This document shows, in pieces, positions 28,311 through 37,396 of a stretch of DNA of 64,000 nucleotides; positions within the stretch are counted from its first letter, which is position 1, and every line of letters starts with the position of its first letter. The stretch is taken from the NCBI GenBank assembly GCA_034422875.1, contig DAOUJI010000066.1, positions 8,714 to 72,713 on the forward strand. The letters run 5' to 3'. The notes below the pieces were generated by a model. The model was not told where the DNA came from. It was given only the letters and a program-made list of their open reading frames with translations, and did no database searches. Source of the DNA: Dehalococcoidia bacterium (GTDB taxonomy: Bacteria > Chloroflexota > Dehalococcoidia > Lucifugimonadales > JAGWBF01). Made by a program: the position numbers and the translations under genes.

Positions 28311-28449
28311 CGCCGCCGCCTTCCAGGGCGGCTCAACTTCCCTACCTGTGCCTCATTCGTTCCGATCACGCTGACCGTGTTTTTGTGACGAATTGTCATC
28401 TGCTATTATTGGGTGAGTTGTAATACCTGAATAATTGAAGTCATTCACT

Positions 28450-30897
28450 ATGAAAGTCGAAAGGGTTGGGATTCCAACGATTGTTGTCGCCGCAATTGCC
28501 TTTTGGGTGGCCGCTGCGGCAATTGGGATCCTCTCCATCCCGAAGGTCCTGGCGCACGATCCGTCCTCAGGCGACTGCTCCTCTGGCATCGCTGTACCCA
28601 ACGCAGCCAGCAACCCGGGGCTGGTGTCCGACTGCGAAGCGTTGCTGGCGTCCCGGGACACTTGGTCCGGTCAGGCGACTCTTAATTGGTCTCAGGACAT
28701 CCCCATGGGAGACTGGGATGGGATCGCTCTCGATGGCATGCCGCCAAGGGCGACAAAGCTGATAGGCATCGGAGCGAAGTTGACCGGCTCGATACCCGCC
28801 GAATTGGGCAGGCTTGATAAGTTGGAAGAATTGAATCTGGCAGGAAATCACCTAACAGGCCCGATTCCACCCGAACTGGGTAACCTTGCTGATTTGCAAG
28901 TGCTGGTGCTTAACTCGAACCAGTTGACTGGTGCAATTCCTGCGGAACTGGGCAACCTATCCAGCTTGAAAGTCCTCCGACTTTCCGAGAATCGGTTGGA
29001 CGGTCCTATACCCCCAGAGCTGGGTCGATTGTCGACGCTGTTATGGCTGTCTCTCACTCAGAACCAATTGAGTGGGCCTATCCCTTCAGAACTGGGCAGT
29101 TTGCCTAATCTGGTGTTTCTTTATCTCAGAGGCAATCGGCTGATCGGCCATATTCCTTCGGATCTCAGTCGGCTGACTATGCTGTACGATCTTGACCTCT
29201 CTTACAATCAACTAAACGGTTCGATACCGGAAGAGTTGGGCCTCCTGTCCAAGTTGCAATTCCTAGACCTTACCAACTCTGGATTGAGCGGCCCAATACC
29301 GAGGGAATTGGGAAACCTATCCGGTTTGGTTTGGCTCAATCTTTCTTACAACCAGTTGAGTGGAGCAGTGCCCTCGGAGTTGGCGGGTCTATCAAAGTTG
29401 ACAAGACTTTGGCTCCATGGGAATCAGTTGACCGGGCCAATACCCTCTCAGTTGGGTAACCTCTCAAACCTGGTGGAACTGACCCTAGGGGGCAACGATC
29501 TCACCGGTACGATACCCACTCAACTGGGTAGCCTCGCCAACCTGGAATCTCTGTCCCTCGACTATAACCAGCTGACCGGGCCGATACCCTCGGAGTTGGG
29601 GAACCTGACCAAATTGCAGAACCTATGGCTCAACAGCAATCAGTTGAATGAGTCGATACCCAACTCGCTAGGCAACTTAATCAACCTGAAATCGCTAGAC
29701 TTGTCGAAGAACCGGTTGAAGGAGAACGTGCCCAATGAACTAGGCATCTTGGTCAACCTGCAATCATTGAACCTGTCAAACAACCGCTTGACCGGGACTA
29801 TCCCAGTTCAGCTTGGCAGCTTATCCAGACTGGAGACGCTAAATCTCTCTGGCAACCAGTTGGATGGGACGATACCCGCAGAGCTTGGCGTGTTGTCTAA
29901 CCTGAGAGAAATCTGGATTGGTGGAAACCAGTTGACCGGATGCATACCAGCCGCTTTGAAAGCGGTGCTAGATAATGACCTCGCCACTCTCGGTCTACCG
30001 TTCTGCCACCCGTTGCAGGATGCTTGTGCCATCGAAGGGGCAGTGCCAAATGCGTACAATAATCACCAGTTGGTGGCCGACTGCTATGCTTTGCTGGAGA
30101 CACGGGATATCTTGGATGATTCCGGTTTGCTGAATTGGTCGGCGGACCTGTACATCACAGACTGGGATGGGGTCACAGTCAGTGGCACGCCGCTTCGCGT
30201 CACCGGGGTCCGGCTCGACAGCTACAAGTTAGGCGGTACTATACCGCCACAGCTATCCAGGCTGACCGATCTAAAGTTGCTGTCCCTAACTTACACCCAA
30301 ATGACCGGCCCGATTCCAACTGAATTAGGCAGTTTCTCCAACTTGAAAGAACTATACCTAGGCAGTAACCAGTTGACAGGCCCGATTCCCGCTGAGTTGA
30401 GTAGTCTCTCCAATCTCCGCCATCTCTACCTCAGCAGCAACCGTTTAGATGGGACGATACCGGCCGCACTAGGGGGCCTCGTCAAGCTTGAGGAACTGGC
30501 CCTCTCCTATAATCAATTGACCGGTTCAGTTCCTGCTGAACTGGGCAACCTAACCAGGCTGCAACGACTGAGACTGTCCCACAACCAATTGACCGGGGAC
30601 ATACCGGCCGAGTTAGGACAACTCGCAAACCTAACGGAACTGAAGCTTGCTGGGAGCCAGCTGACCGGGTGCATTCCGCAGGGATTGAGAGATGTAGCAG
30701 TCAATGACTTTGGCGGCCTCGGCCTGCCGTTCTGCATGTTGACCGAGGAAGAGTTGCTCGACCGGTATGACGGCAACGGCAACGGGACCATCGAGAGAGA
30801 CGAAGCCCTTGACGCTGTGGCAGACTACTTCGCAGACCTAATCAGCAGAGATGACGTGTTAACCATCATCTCACTCTATTTCTCGTCGTCCGGTTGA
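28450..30897 (+). CDS. secreted leucine-rich-repeat protein, plant-type 24-residue LRRs, with C-terminal EF-hand/dockerin-like module
   Basis: An N-terminal hydrophobic anchor/signal is followed by two LRR blocks of about 17 and 7 repeats of LxxLxxLxLxxNqLtGpIPxELGn. Each block is preceded by a Cys-containing cap (...DCEALLASRD...LNWS...DWDG...) and closed by ...GCIP...LPFC. The C-terminus reads YDGNGNGTIERDEALDAVADYFADLISRDDVLTIISLYFS. G+C is lower than in the neighbours. Confidence 0.85.
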   Translation: MKVERVGIPTIVVAAIAFWVAAAAIGILSIPKVLAHDPSSGDCSSGIAVPNAASNPGLVSDCEALLASRDTWSGQATLNWSQDIPMGDWDGIALDGMPPRATKLIGIGAKLTGSIPAELGRLDKLEELNLAGNHLTGPIPPELGNLADLQVLVLNSNQLTGAIPAELGNLSSLKVLRLSENRLDGPIPPELGRLSTLLWLSLTQNQLSGPIPSELGSLPNLVFLYLRGNRLIGHIPSDLSRLTMLYDLDLSYNQLNGSIPEELGLLSKLQFLDLTNSGLSGPIPRELGNLSGLVWLNLSYNQLSGAVPSELAGLSKLTRLWLHGNQLTGPIPSQLGNLSNLVELTLGGNDLTGTIPTQLGSLANLESLSLDYNQLTGPIPSELGNLTKLQNLWLNSNQLNESIPNSLGNLINLKSLDLSKNRLKENVPNELGILVNLQSLNLSNNRLTGTIPVQLGSLSRLETLNLSGNQLDGTIPAELGVLSNLREIWIGGNQLTGCIPAALKAVLDNDLATLGLPFCHPLQDACAIEGAVPNAYNNHQLVADCYALLETRDILDDSGLLNWSADLYITDWDGVTVSGTPLRVTGVRLDSYKLGGTIPPQLSRLTDLKLLSLTYTQMTGPIPTELGSFSNLKELYLGSNQLTGPIPAELSSLSNLRHLYLSSNRLDGTIPAALGGLVKLEELALSYNQLTGSVPAELGNLTRLQRLRLSHNQLTGDIPAELGQLANLTELKLAGSQLTGCIPQGLRDVAVNDFGGLGLPFCMLTEEELLDRYDGNGNGTIERDEALDAVADYFADLISRDDVLTIISLYFSSSG

Positions 30898-30980
30898 CGT
30901 ACGCGTCGGCCGGTCATCCCAATAGGCCGATTCAGGTCTAATGGTTTGCGCCCCAATGCTTGGTCACACAGAGCGCGCCA

Positions 30981-32615
30981 TTATTCCAGTATGAACCCCT
31001 CGTAGCCGTTGGCGGCGGCCGCGTTGCGCTTGGCCCGCATCACCGGAGCAGTGTCCGGTGAGGAGAGCAGCGCACGGGGCTTGCCGGGGATGTTCGCCCC
31101 CACAAACCAGGAGTTGGCCTGGGTGCGGATATGCTTGGCGCCCTCTACCTTCACGTGCTCCAGCCAGGCGTCCTCCGCCTCCACATTGGCCGAGATGCGT
31201 GAGTAACCGTTGTCGCGCACGTATTGGATGCAGTCGGTCACCCACTCCACCAGCGGCTCGGCGGCCCTGACGAAGTTACCCACCGAGGCTGCGTTGATGG
31301 TGAAGAGATTGGGGAAGCCGGCGCTCTGGATGCCCATGAAGGTGCGAGGTCCGTTGGAGAACTTGTCCTTAAGGGTGCGCCCGCCCTCGCCGCAGATGTG
31401 TACCCTGTTCAGGGCCCCGGTGACGGCGTCGTACCCCGTGGCGAAGATGATGACCTCCAGCTCGTACTCGGCGTCGGTTGTAGCGAGCCCGTTGGGAGTG
31501 ATGCGCTGGATAGGGGCCGCTTTCACGTCCACCAGCAGCACGTTGTCCTGGTTGAAGACCTCGTAGTAGCCGCTCTCGCACGGGACCCGCTTGGAGCCGA
31601 ACATGTGGTCCTTGGGCACCAGCATTTCGGCGACGACCGGGTCATGGACGCGCTCACGGATTTTCTGGCGGACGAACTCGGCGTAGTGTTCGTTGGCCTC
31701 TCCGGGGATCATCACATCGTAATAATTGGACAGCCACTTCTTGAAACCTGGCTCCGCCCACAGCCTTTCGTACTGCTCCTGCCGTTCTTCTTCCGACACT
31801 TCGAGGGCCGACCGGGGGTCGAATTCGTGCATGAAGGAACCGGGAGTTTCCAGACACTTCTGGAAAATCTCTGGGTAGTTCGCCTTTATCTCCTTCTGCA
31901 TCTCATCGTCAATCGGGCCGTTCCGGAGAGGCGCGCAGTAGTTTGCCGTCCTCTGGAAGACTGTCAGGTGGCCTACTTCCTTGGCGATTTCCGCGATGAG
32001 TTGGACGGCGGTGGCTCCGGTGCCTACGACCCCAACGCGCTTGCCCGCCAGGTCCATGCCTTCCTTGGGCCATCTGCCGGTGTGGCACCAGGCGCCCTTG
32101 TAGCTGTCCAGCCCTTCAAACTCGGGGACGTAAAACGCCGACAGAAGGCCCACTGCGGTAACTAGGAACTGACCTCTCGCCTTGAGACCGCCGTCAGTCT
32201 CTATCTCCCAGAGATTGGTTGTTTCGTCATAAATGGCCGATTTGATCCTGGCGTTGAATTGGATGTCCCTCTTGAGGTCGAACTTGTCGGCTACGTAGTT
32301 GAGGTAGCGTTCGTTCTCAGGCTGGCCGGAGTAGAGCTCCTTCCAGTCCCATTCGTCGAGCAGTTCCTGGGAGAAGGAGTACCCGTATGTGTAGCTCTCG
32401 GAGTCAAAGCGGGCCCCGGGATAGCGGTTCCAATACCATGTGCCCCCCACTCCGCTGGCTTCATCGAACGCTCTCACGGAGAGCCCCATATTTCGTAGGC
32501 GGTACAACATGTACAGCCCGGTGACTCCGGCTCCGATGACCAGGGCGTCGTACTGTCCGAGGTCCTCGTTGGATTGCTGTGGGGCTGCTGGATTTTGCTG
32601 CAAAGAATCGACCAT
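30981..32615 (-). CDS. Baeyer-Villiger (type I flavin, NADPH-dependent) monooxygenase
   Basis: FAD GxGxxG (VIGAGVTGL), GGTWYWNRYPGARFDSESYTY, the BVMO fingerprint YKGAWCHTGRWP and a second Rossmann motif VGVVGTGATAVQ. Confidence 0.9.
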   Translation of the reverse strand: MVDSLQQNPAAPQQSNEDLGQYDALVIGAGVTGLYMLYRLRNMGLSVRAFDEASGVGGTWYWNRYPGARFDSESYTYGYSFSQELLDEWDWKELYSGQPENERYLNYVADKFDLKRDIQFNARIKSAIYDETTNLWEIETDGGLKARGQFLVTAVGLLSAFYVPEFEGLDSYKGAWCHTGRWPKEGMDLAGKRVGVVGTGATAVQLIAEIAKEVGHLTVFQRTANYCAPLRNGPIDDEMQKEIKANYPEIFQKCLETPGSFMHEFDPRSALEVSEEERQEQYERLWAEPGFKKWLSNYYDVMIPGEANEHYAEFVRQKIRERVHDPVVAEMLVPKDHMFGSKRVPCESGYYEVFNQDNVLLVDVKAAPIQRITPNGLATTDAEYELEVIIFATGYDAVTGALNRVHICGEGGRTLKDKFSNGPRTFMGIQSAGFPNLFTINAASVGNFVRAAEPLVEWVTDCIQYVRDNGYSRISANVEAEDAWLEHVKVEGAKHIRTQANSWFVGANIPGKPRALLSSPDTAPVMRAKRNAAAANGYEGFILE

Positions 32616-32774
32616 GACGTTACCTCTTCAACTCTTTGGACTGTTGCGGCTGCAACGACGGGTCGGGCGCTCGCCGTCAAGTGAGCCTGATATATTTTAG
32701 CCGATTTACCGGTGTGTCCGTCAATTTTGCCCACCTACAGTGTGTTTGGTTCCTAAAGTCGCCCGGAACAGTCC

Positions 32775-32900
32775 GTTCGCCCTGAGCTTGTCGAGGGGTC
32801 TTCCGTTCATGGTTCGACGAACTCACCAAGAACGGGTCAGGGGCGTTCCTCTCACGCCCCGTCCCTTCCCCCTCTGGGAGAAGGTGAGGATGGGGCCGCC
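32775..32900. repeat. GC-rich imperfect-palindrome intergenic element (REP-like)
   Basis: TGAGCTTGTCGA ... TCGACGAACTCA is an imperfect inverted repeat, followed by CCTTC-CCCCTCTGGGA-GAAGG. It translates to low-complexity pseudo-peptides typical of intergenic palindromic repeats. Confidence 0.35.
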
Positions 32901-33111
32901 CGGACTCTGGACGCTGTGTTACACTCAACCGCTCCGCCGAGCATTGGAGGACTGACCTATAGCTCCTAATGACGGTTTCTACTGGGCCTTTCTGGCTCTT
33001 CTGGGATGGGGCTGCGCAGACTACCTGGCGCGCTCCGCCTCCGGGCGATATGGAAGCGTTAGCGTCACAGTTCTCAGCCTGATTATTGGTCTGGCGGCTC
33101 CTCTGCCCTTT

Positions 33112-33831
33112 GTGCTGGCGGAAATTGTCCAGGGGTCATTGCACGTTGACTGGTCTGCATTGGCAATCTGGGCGCCCGCAACCGGAGGGTTTCTAGGAAT
33201 CGCCTACCTGGTCTACTACACAGGTTTGCAACGGGGTTCCGTCACCGTGGTGTCCACTGCGGCTTCGGCTTGGCTGGCCGTCACAGTGTTGATTGCTGTC
33301 GTCGCGTTTGGAGAGAGTCTCTCGTTGGGTCAAGCCGGTTTGATGGCCGTCATTTTCGTCGGCATACTCATGCTTTCGGCAGGCCGGCTGAACGTAACGG
33401 GCATTAGCTCAGGGCTGCCTTGGGGGCTCGGAGCCATGTTCGCCATCGGCGTCGCCCTGGCGTTGCTTGACCGTGTAACCGAAGCGGCGGGGCCTATGAT
33501 GGCGGTGCTTGTTGTCCGCGCGGTCTCCATAGCGCCCACGTACGTCTTCGCGCGGCTGCGACGCGTAACAGTCCAGATGCCCACTAACCGGAACGGATGG
33601 GCGTTGCTGCTGGCCGTTGGACTTCTCGACGCTGGGGCCTATGTCGGATACAACCTGGGCGTGGACACGGCCTCCGTCGCTGTCGTGGCTCCCATAGCAG
33701 CGGCCCACCCAGTTGCAACCATCGCGCTGGCCGTAGCCCTTAGTCGCGAACGGCCTCACCCGCTACACTGGGCAGGCGCCGTCGCAGCTATAGGGGCTAC
33801 CATCGGCCTCAGCTTTCTGGTTGGAGCTTAA
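33112..33831 (+). CDS. EamA/DMT-family transporter (annotated from first canonical start; homology continues upstream)
   Basis: Ten-helix DMT-like hydrophobic pattern. The frame stays open and membrane-protein-like back to 32956 (PIAPNDGFYWAFLALLGWGCADYLARSAS...) but has no ATG/GTG/TTG before 33112. Confidence 0.7.
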   Translation: MLAEIVQGSLHVDWSALAIWAPATGGFLGIAYLVYYTGLQRGSVTVVSTAASAWLAVTVLIAVVAFGESLSLGQAGLMAVIFVGILMLSAGRLNVTGISSGLPWGLGAMFAIGVALALLDRVTEAAGPMMAVLVVRAVSIAPTYVFARLRRVTVQMPTNRNGWALLLAVGLLDAGAYVGYNLGVDTASVAVVAPIAAAHPVATIALAVALSRERPHPLHWAGAVAAIGATIGLSFLVGA

Positions 33832-34018
33832 CGGGAACGCCGGTGTGACAGACCTATATCAGGCTCTATACACAGTCCGTCGGACCCTGGATAGGGGGTC
33901 GGCTGGGTAATCTGCGCGACGGCGATTCGTTCCCACAGCGGGACGGTCTGCCACTAATGAACACCGTCTCGCCCTATGCGGAGGAGATGAACGGCTCGGT
34001 TCTGTCTACCGTCAAGTT

Positions 34019-34094
34019 TGGTGGAGATAGGGGGACTCGAACCCCCAACCTCGGCATTGCGAACGCCGCGCTCTCCCAGTTGAGCTATATCCCC
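34019..34094 (-). tRNA. tRNA-Ala (anticodon CGC)
   Basis: Reverse complement GGGGATATAGCTCAACTGGGAGAGCGCGGCGTTCGCAATGCCGAGGTTGGGGGTTCGAGTCCCCCTATCTCCACCA folds as a cloverleaf. It has the G3:U70 Ala identity pair, the anticodon loop TTCGCAA, a TTCGAGT T-loop and an encoded CCA. Confidence 0.95.
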
Positions 34095-34206
34095 AGGGAA
34101 CGCCTGAATTCGGGATCTTCGGAGTTCCGAGTTCAGAGTCCAGACTGAAATGCTATAGCGCCCCTCTGAAGGGTGTCAAGCAAAGCAGCGCCAGGCGCCT
34201 ACAGGC

Positions 34207-35004
34207 TTAGCTCCCGAGAAGCCTGCCCTCGCAACCCTCCAGGGCCTTCTCCAGCAACGGGATGTTGGCGTCGTCGGTGAGGCCCGTGTTGATGGGCGTC
34301 ACCGAAATCATCTTGTTGAGAGCAGCCCAAATGTCCGTGCCTTCCTCCTGCTCACGCTCTTTGAAAAGGGGCACGTCCCGGTTGATGCGGTAAGTCATGC
34401 TACGGATGTCCTCGTCCTCTTTCACCGACTCGCCGTAGCTGCGGCGGCCCAGCCTCGTGACCCTTACCCCTTTCAGGTTCTCAGCCGGCTCGTTGGGCAG
34501 ATTCACGTTGACGAGGGTCGGAGGCAAGCTGGCGCCATTCTTGAGGCTCTCGACCACGATGCCTAAGAAGGCCGCAGCCACATCGTAGCGGGTGTCCCTG
34601 AGGGCGCCCACGGATATGGCAATGGACGGGCATCCCCGGACGTATCCCTGCAGCGCTGCTCCCACCGTGCCGGAGATAAGCACGTCCTCTCCCAGGTTTG
34701 ACCCCTGGTTTATCCCCGACACCACGAGGTCCACGGGCCCGGCCAGCTGCTCCAGGGCCAGGACGGCGGCGTCCGCCGGGGTGCCTTCGATGGAGTAGGC
34801 TACAATTTCGTGGGGGCCTTTCTCCACCAGCGGTTCCACCTGAAAGACCCGCAGGGGTCTCCGCAGAGTCAGTGAAGCGCCGACACCACTGTGGTCCCGG
34901 TCGGGAGCCGCCACGCAGACGTCCCCGTGGAGCTTCAAGGCGTTCACGGCCGCCCAAAGCCCCGGGGCCCTGAACCCATCGTCATTAGTCGCTAGAATCT
35001 TCAA
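34207..35004 (-). CDS. surE: 5'/3'-nucleotidase SurE
   Basis: MKILATNDDGFRAPGLWAAV N-terminus (TTG start), 265 aa. Confidence 0.9.
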   Translation of the reverse strand: MKILATNDDGFRAPGLWAAVNALKLHGDVCVAAPDRDHSGVGASLTLRRPLRVFQVEPLVEKGPHEIVAYSIEGTPADAAVLALEQLAGPVDLVVSGINQGSNLGEDVLISGTVGAALQGYVRGCPSIAISVGALRDTRYDVAAAFLGIVVESLKNGASLPPTLVNVNLPNEPAENLKGVRVTRLGRRSYGESVKEDEDIRSMTYRINRDVPLFKEREQEEGTDIWAALNKMISVTPINTGLTDDANIPLLEKALEGCEGRLLGS

Positions 35005-35062
35005 CTATCTCACCTGTTTTTATGGTGCCGGAGAAGCTCCGGAGAGGAAAGGAGGAGACTGC

Positions 35063-35137
35063 TGGTGGCAACGGGTGGGTTCGAACCACCGACCTAGCGC
35101 TTATGAAGCGCCCGCTCTGCCCCTGAGCTACGTTGCC
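35063..35137 (-). tRNA. tRNA-Met, or tRNA-Ile2 (anticodon CAT), elongator type
   Basis: Reverse complement GGCAACGTAGCTCAGGGGCAGAGCGGGCGCTTCATAAGCGCTAGGTCGGTGGTTCGAACCCACCCGTTGCCACCA folds as a cloverleaf with anticodon loop TTCATAA. It lacks initiator features (no three consecutive G:C pairs in the anticodon stem, and position 1:72 is paired). Confidence 0.9.
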
Positions 35138-35308
35138 ACAACTGGGGCTATTGTCAGAAGGGCTGCCGACGCGACGCCAGCAGCCCCCGGATTTCCAATA
35201 TACCTATTCACCCTGACGCCTGTCAACGCGCACGACGCGCCTTTGCTGGACACCCTGACGACGCCGTTTTATAGTCTGTTCAACAGGTGCTTTCAGGAGG
35301 CTTACCCT

Positions 35309-36493
35309 ATGGCCCTTTCGGAAAAGGTGGCGAAGTTCGTTGAAGAGGGCGGATGGATCAGGAAGATGTTTGAGGCGGGCATCGCCCTGAAGCAGCAGTA
35401 CGGCGACGACAAGGTCTTCGACCTATCCCTGGGCAATCCGGTAGTGGAGCCGCCAGCCGAATTCAAGGCGGAGCTCCAACGGCTGGCTGCCAGCGAGACG
35501 CCGGGAATGCACCGATACATGCCCAACGCGGGCTACGCCGACACCCGGGAGGCCGTTGCCGCGGGAATTCGGGAAGAGGCTGGGGTGGACATGACCGGCG
35601 CAGAAATAGTGATGACGGCAGGAGCCGCCGCAGGCCTGAACGTGGCCCTTAAGACCATCCTGAACCCCGGGGACGAGGTTATCATCTTCGCTCCCTATTT
35701 CGTGGAATACGTCTACTACACCGACAACCACGGCGGCGTGTCCGTGACGGCTCCCACCGACGCAGCGTTTCAGCCGGACCTGGCTGCTCTGGAGGGCTTA
35801 ATTACACCTAAAACCAGAGGCGTGCTAATCAACTCGCCCAACAACCCCTCGGGCGCGGTGTACGGGTCGGACACTCTGGCGGACCTGGGAGAGCTTCTGC
35901 GGGCGAAAAGCGCCCAATATGGTTCGGAGATATTCCTGATAAGCGACGAGCCTTACCGCCGAATCATCTTCGACGGCCTCTCCTATCCCCACGTCTATCC
36001 CCACTACGAAGCCTCCATGGTGGTACACTCCCACGCCAAGGACCTGGCCCTCCCCGGCGAGCGCATTGGATACATAGCGGTGAATCCGGCCTACGAAGGG
36101 AAAACTGAACTGGCCGACGGCCTGACCTTCTGCAACCGCATCCTGGGGATAGTCAACGCACCCGCGCTCATGCAGCATGTGGTCAGGGCGCTGCAAGGGG
36201 TCACAGTGGACGTATCTGACTACCAGAGGAAGCGGGACTTCATCCACGGCGCGTTGACGGACCTGGGATACGACTGCTTCAAGCCCCAGGGGGCTTTCTA
36301 TCTCTTCCCCAAGGCTCCAGGAGGGGACGACCTGGCCTTCGTGGATGAACTGCAACGCTATAACGTGCTGGTGGTGCCCGGCAGGGGCTTCGGGCAGGCT
36401 GGCCACTTCCGGGTGTCCTACTGCCTGGAGGACCGGGTTCTGAAAGGCTCGCTGGAAGGGTTCGCCGCCGCGGCCAAGAGCTTCGGGCTGTAA
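35309..36493 (+). CDS. class I/II pyridoxal-phosphate-dependent aminotransferase (AspC/AlaT-like)
   Basis: ATG at 35309 after CAGGAGG. FDLSLGNP..., ...YMPNAGY..., ...INSPNNPSG... and ...SHAKDLALPGERIGY... (PLP lysine context). The track ORF start at 35075 would overlap the tRNA. Confidence 0.85.
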   Translation: MALSEKVAKFVEEGGWIRKMFEAGIALKQQYGDDKVFDLSLGNPVVEPPAEFKAELQRLAASETPGMHRYMPNAGYADTREAVAAGIREEAGVDMTGAEIVMTAGAAAGLNVALKTILNPGDEVIIFAPYFVEYVYYTDNHGGVSVTAPTDAAFQPDLAALEGLITPKTRGVLINSPNNPSGAVYGSDTLADLGELLRAKSAQYGSEIFLISDEPYRRIIFDGLSYPHVYPHYEASMVVHSHAKDLALPGERIGYIAVNPAYEGKTELADGLTFCNRILGIVNAPALMQHVVRALQGVTVDVSDYQRKRDFIHGALTDLGYDCFKPQGAFYLFPKAPGGDDLAFVDELQRYNVLVVPGRGFGQAGHFRVSYCLEDRVLKGSLEGFAAAAKSFGL

Positions 36494-36517
36494 ATCCGGG
36501 CGTCGACTGTACAAGCG

Positions 36518-36877
36518 ATGTCATCTACGAACGATCCCGTTCGACTACCAGAGTTCACCAACGACCTTGGAAGGCTGTCCAGAAAGCTCCGCTCTATCGA
36601 CCGCGACCTGGAAGCGTTCATTCGATTGCTCCAGGCAGGCCTCAAATCAAGCATACATGCAACCCGGGTTCCTGGGTTCGGTGAACTAAACGTATGGAAA
36701 GGCCGCGCAATTAGTCGAGACATGCGGAGTGGAAAATCCGGAGGGTTCAGAATCTGGTGGCTAGAAACCTCATCGGACACCGTAGCGCTGCTCTACATAT
36801 ACACTCATCGCAGCAACGAGAACGAGAATCGTATCAGGGAAGAAGTTAGAAGGCGTCTTTCAACCAATGGATATTAG
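36518..36877 (+). CDS. RelE/ParE-superfamily toxin (HigB/Gp49-like)
   Basis: 119 aa. ...LPEFTNDLGRLSRKLRS... and the core ...GKSGGFRIWWLETSSDTVALLYIYTHRS... resemble RelE/ParE-type mRNA interferase toxins. No same-strand antitoxin ORF is adjacent. Confidence 0.6.
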   Translation: MSSTNDPVRLPEFTNDLGRLSRKLRSIDRDLEAFIRLLQAGLKSSIHATRVPGFGELNVWKGRAISRDMRSGKSGGFRIWWLETSSDTVALLYIYTHRSNENENRIREEVRRRLSTNGY

Positions 36878-37396
36878 AGGAGACGTTTCCTCGTCTTCGC
36901 TATCGGGCATGGACTCAAACTTTCGCCTATAGTAGGCATACTCATACGGTATCGTTTCGCCCTCGGCAGTCGCTATCCAAGGGGCTTCCCCGTGACTTGC
37001 TGCTACTAGTTCGGCGGCCGTCTGATTTTCCCACTTTTTCGCGATGTCGAACATGAGCTTCAACTCAGTGGGCCTGAAGATGTCCAGCGGCGGCTCGACA
37101 CCTGGTATGACCGAATACCGGTATTGGGTGTACGGCCCCGACTGTTCCTTGATTTCTTGTACCAACCCAGACATCCTGCGCAATTCCTTTTGCATCTGCT
37201 TGGGATACGGTCCCCGTGGCATGTGGACGTAGTCGGCGCCAGTGACCGCCACTCCATGTTGCTCGAAATGATCGAAGTCCAGGAAGTAGAGAAGCTTTGC
37301 CAATTTGGTTCGACCCAAAGTGCCGTTGCGCACGGTATCACAGAAGAACAGAAGCGCGGCCTGCATCTTTTTGGAACTATAGTGTGTCCTAGCCAT
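36860..37396 (-). CDS. Panacea (DUF4065, SocA-like) domain antitoxin-type protein
   Basis: ...GRTKLAKLLYFLDFDHFEQHGVAVTGADYVHMPRGPYP... is the characteristic N-terminal region of the DUF4065/Panacea domain. Its 3' end overlaps the convergent toxin-like gene by 18 nt. Confidence 0.65.
   Translation of the reverse strand: MARTHYSSKKMQAALLFFCDTVRNGTLGRTKLAKLLYFLDFDHFEQHGVAVTGADYVHMPRGPYPKQMQKELRRMSGLVQEIKEQSGPYTQYRYSVIPGVEPPLDIFRPTELKLMFDIAKKWENQTAAELVAASHGEAPWIATAEGETIPYEYAYYRRKFESMPDSEDEETSPLISIG

Noticed and set aside
28800-30700. Regular 72-nt periodic repeats here and at 53900-55000 might be a CRISPR array or non-coding tandem repeat
   Set aside because: The repeats are in-frame 24-codon leucine-rich repeats within long ORFs. 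The units are degenerate at the DNA level and lack a repeat/unique-spacer organisation.
31224-32165. 313-aa ORF on the plus strand
   Set aside because: It lies antisense to the Baeyer-Villiger monooxygenase gene and is a shadow ORF.
35075-35308. 78-codon N-terminal extension of the aminotransferase ORF
   Set aside because: It would overlap tRNA-Met on the opposite strand. An ATG with a CAGGAGG SD at 35309 starts the conserved aminotransferase sequence.
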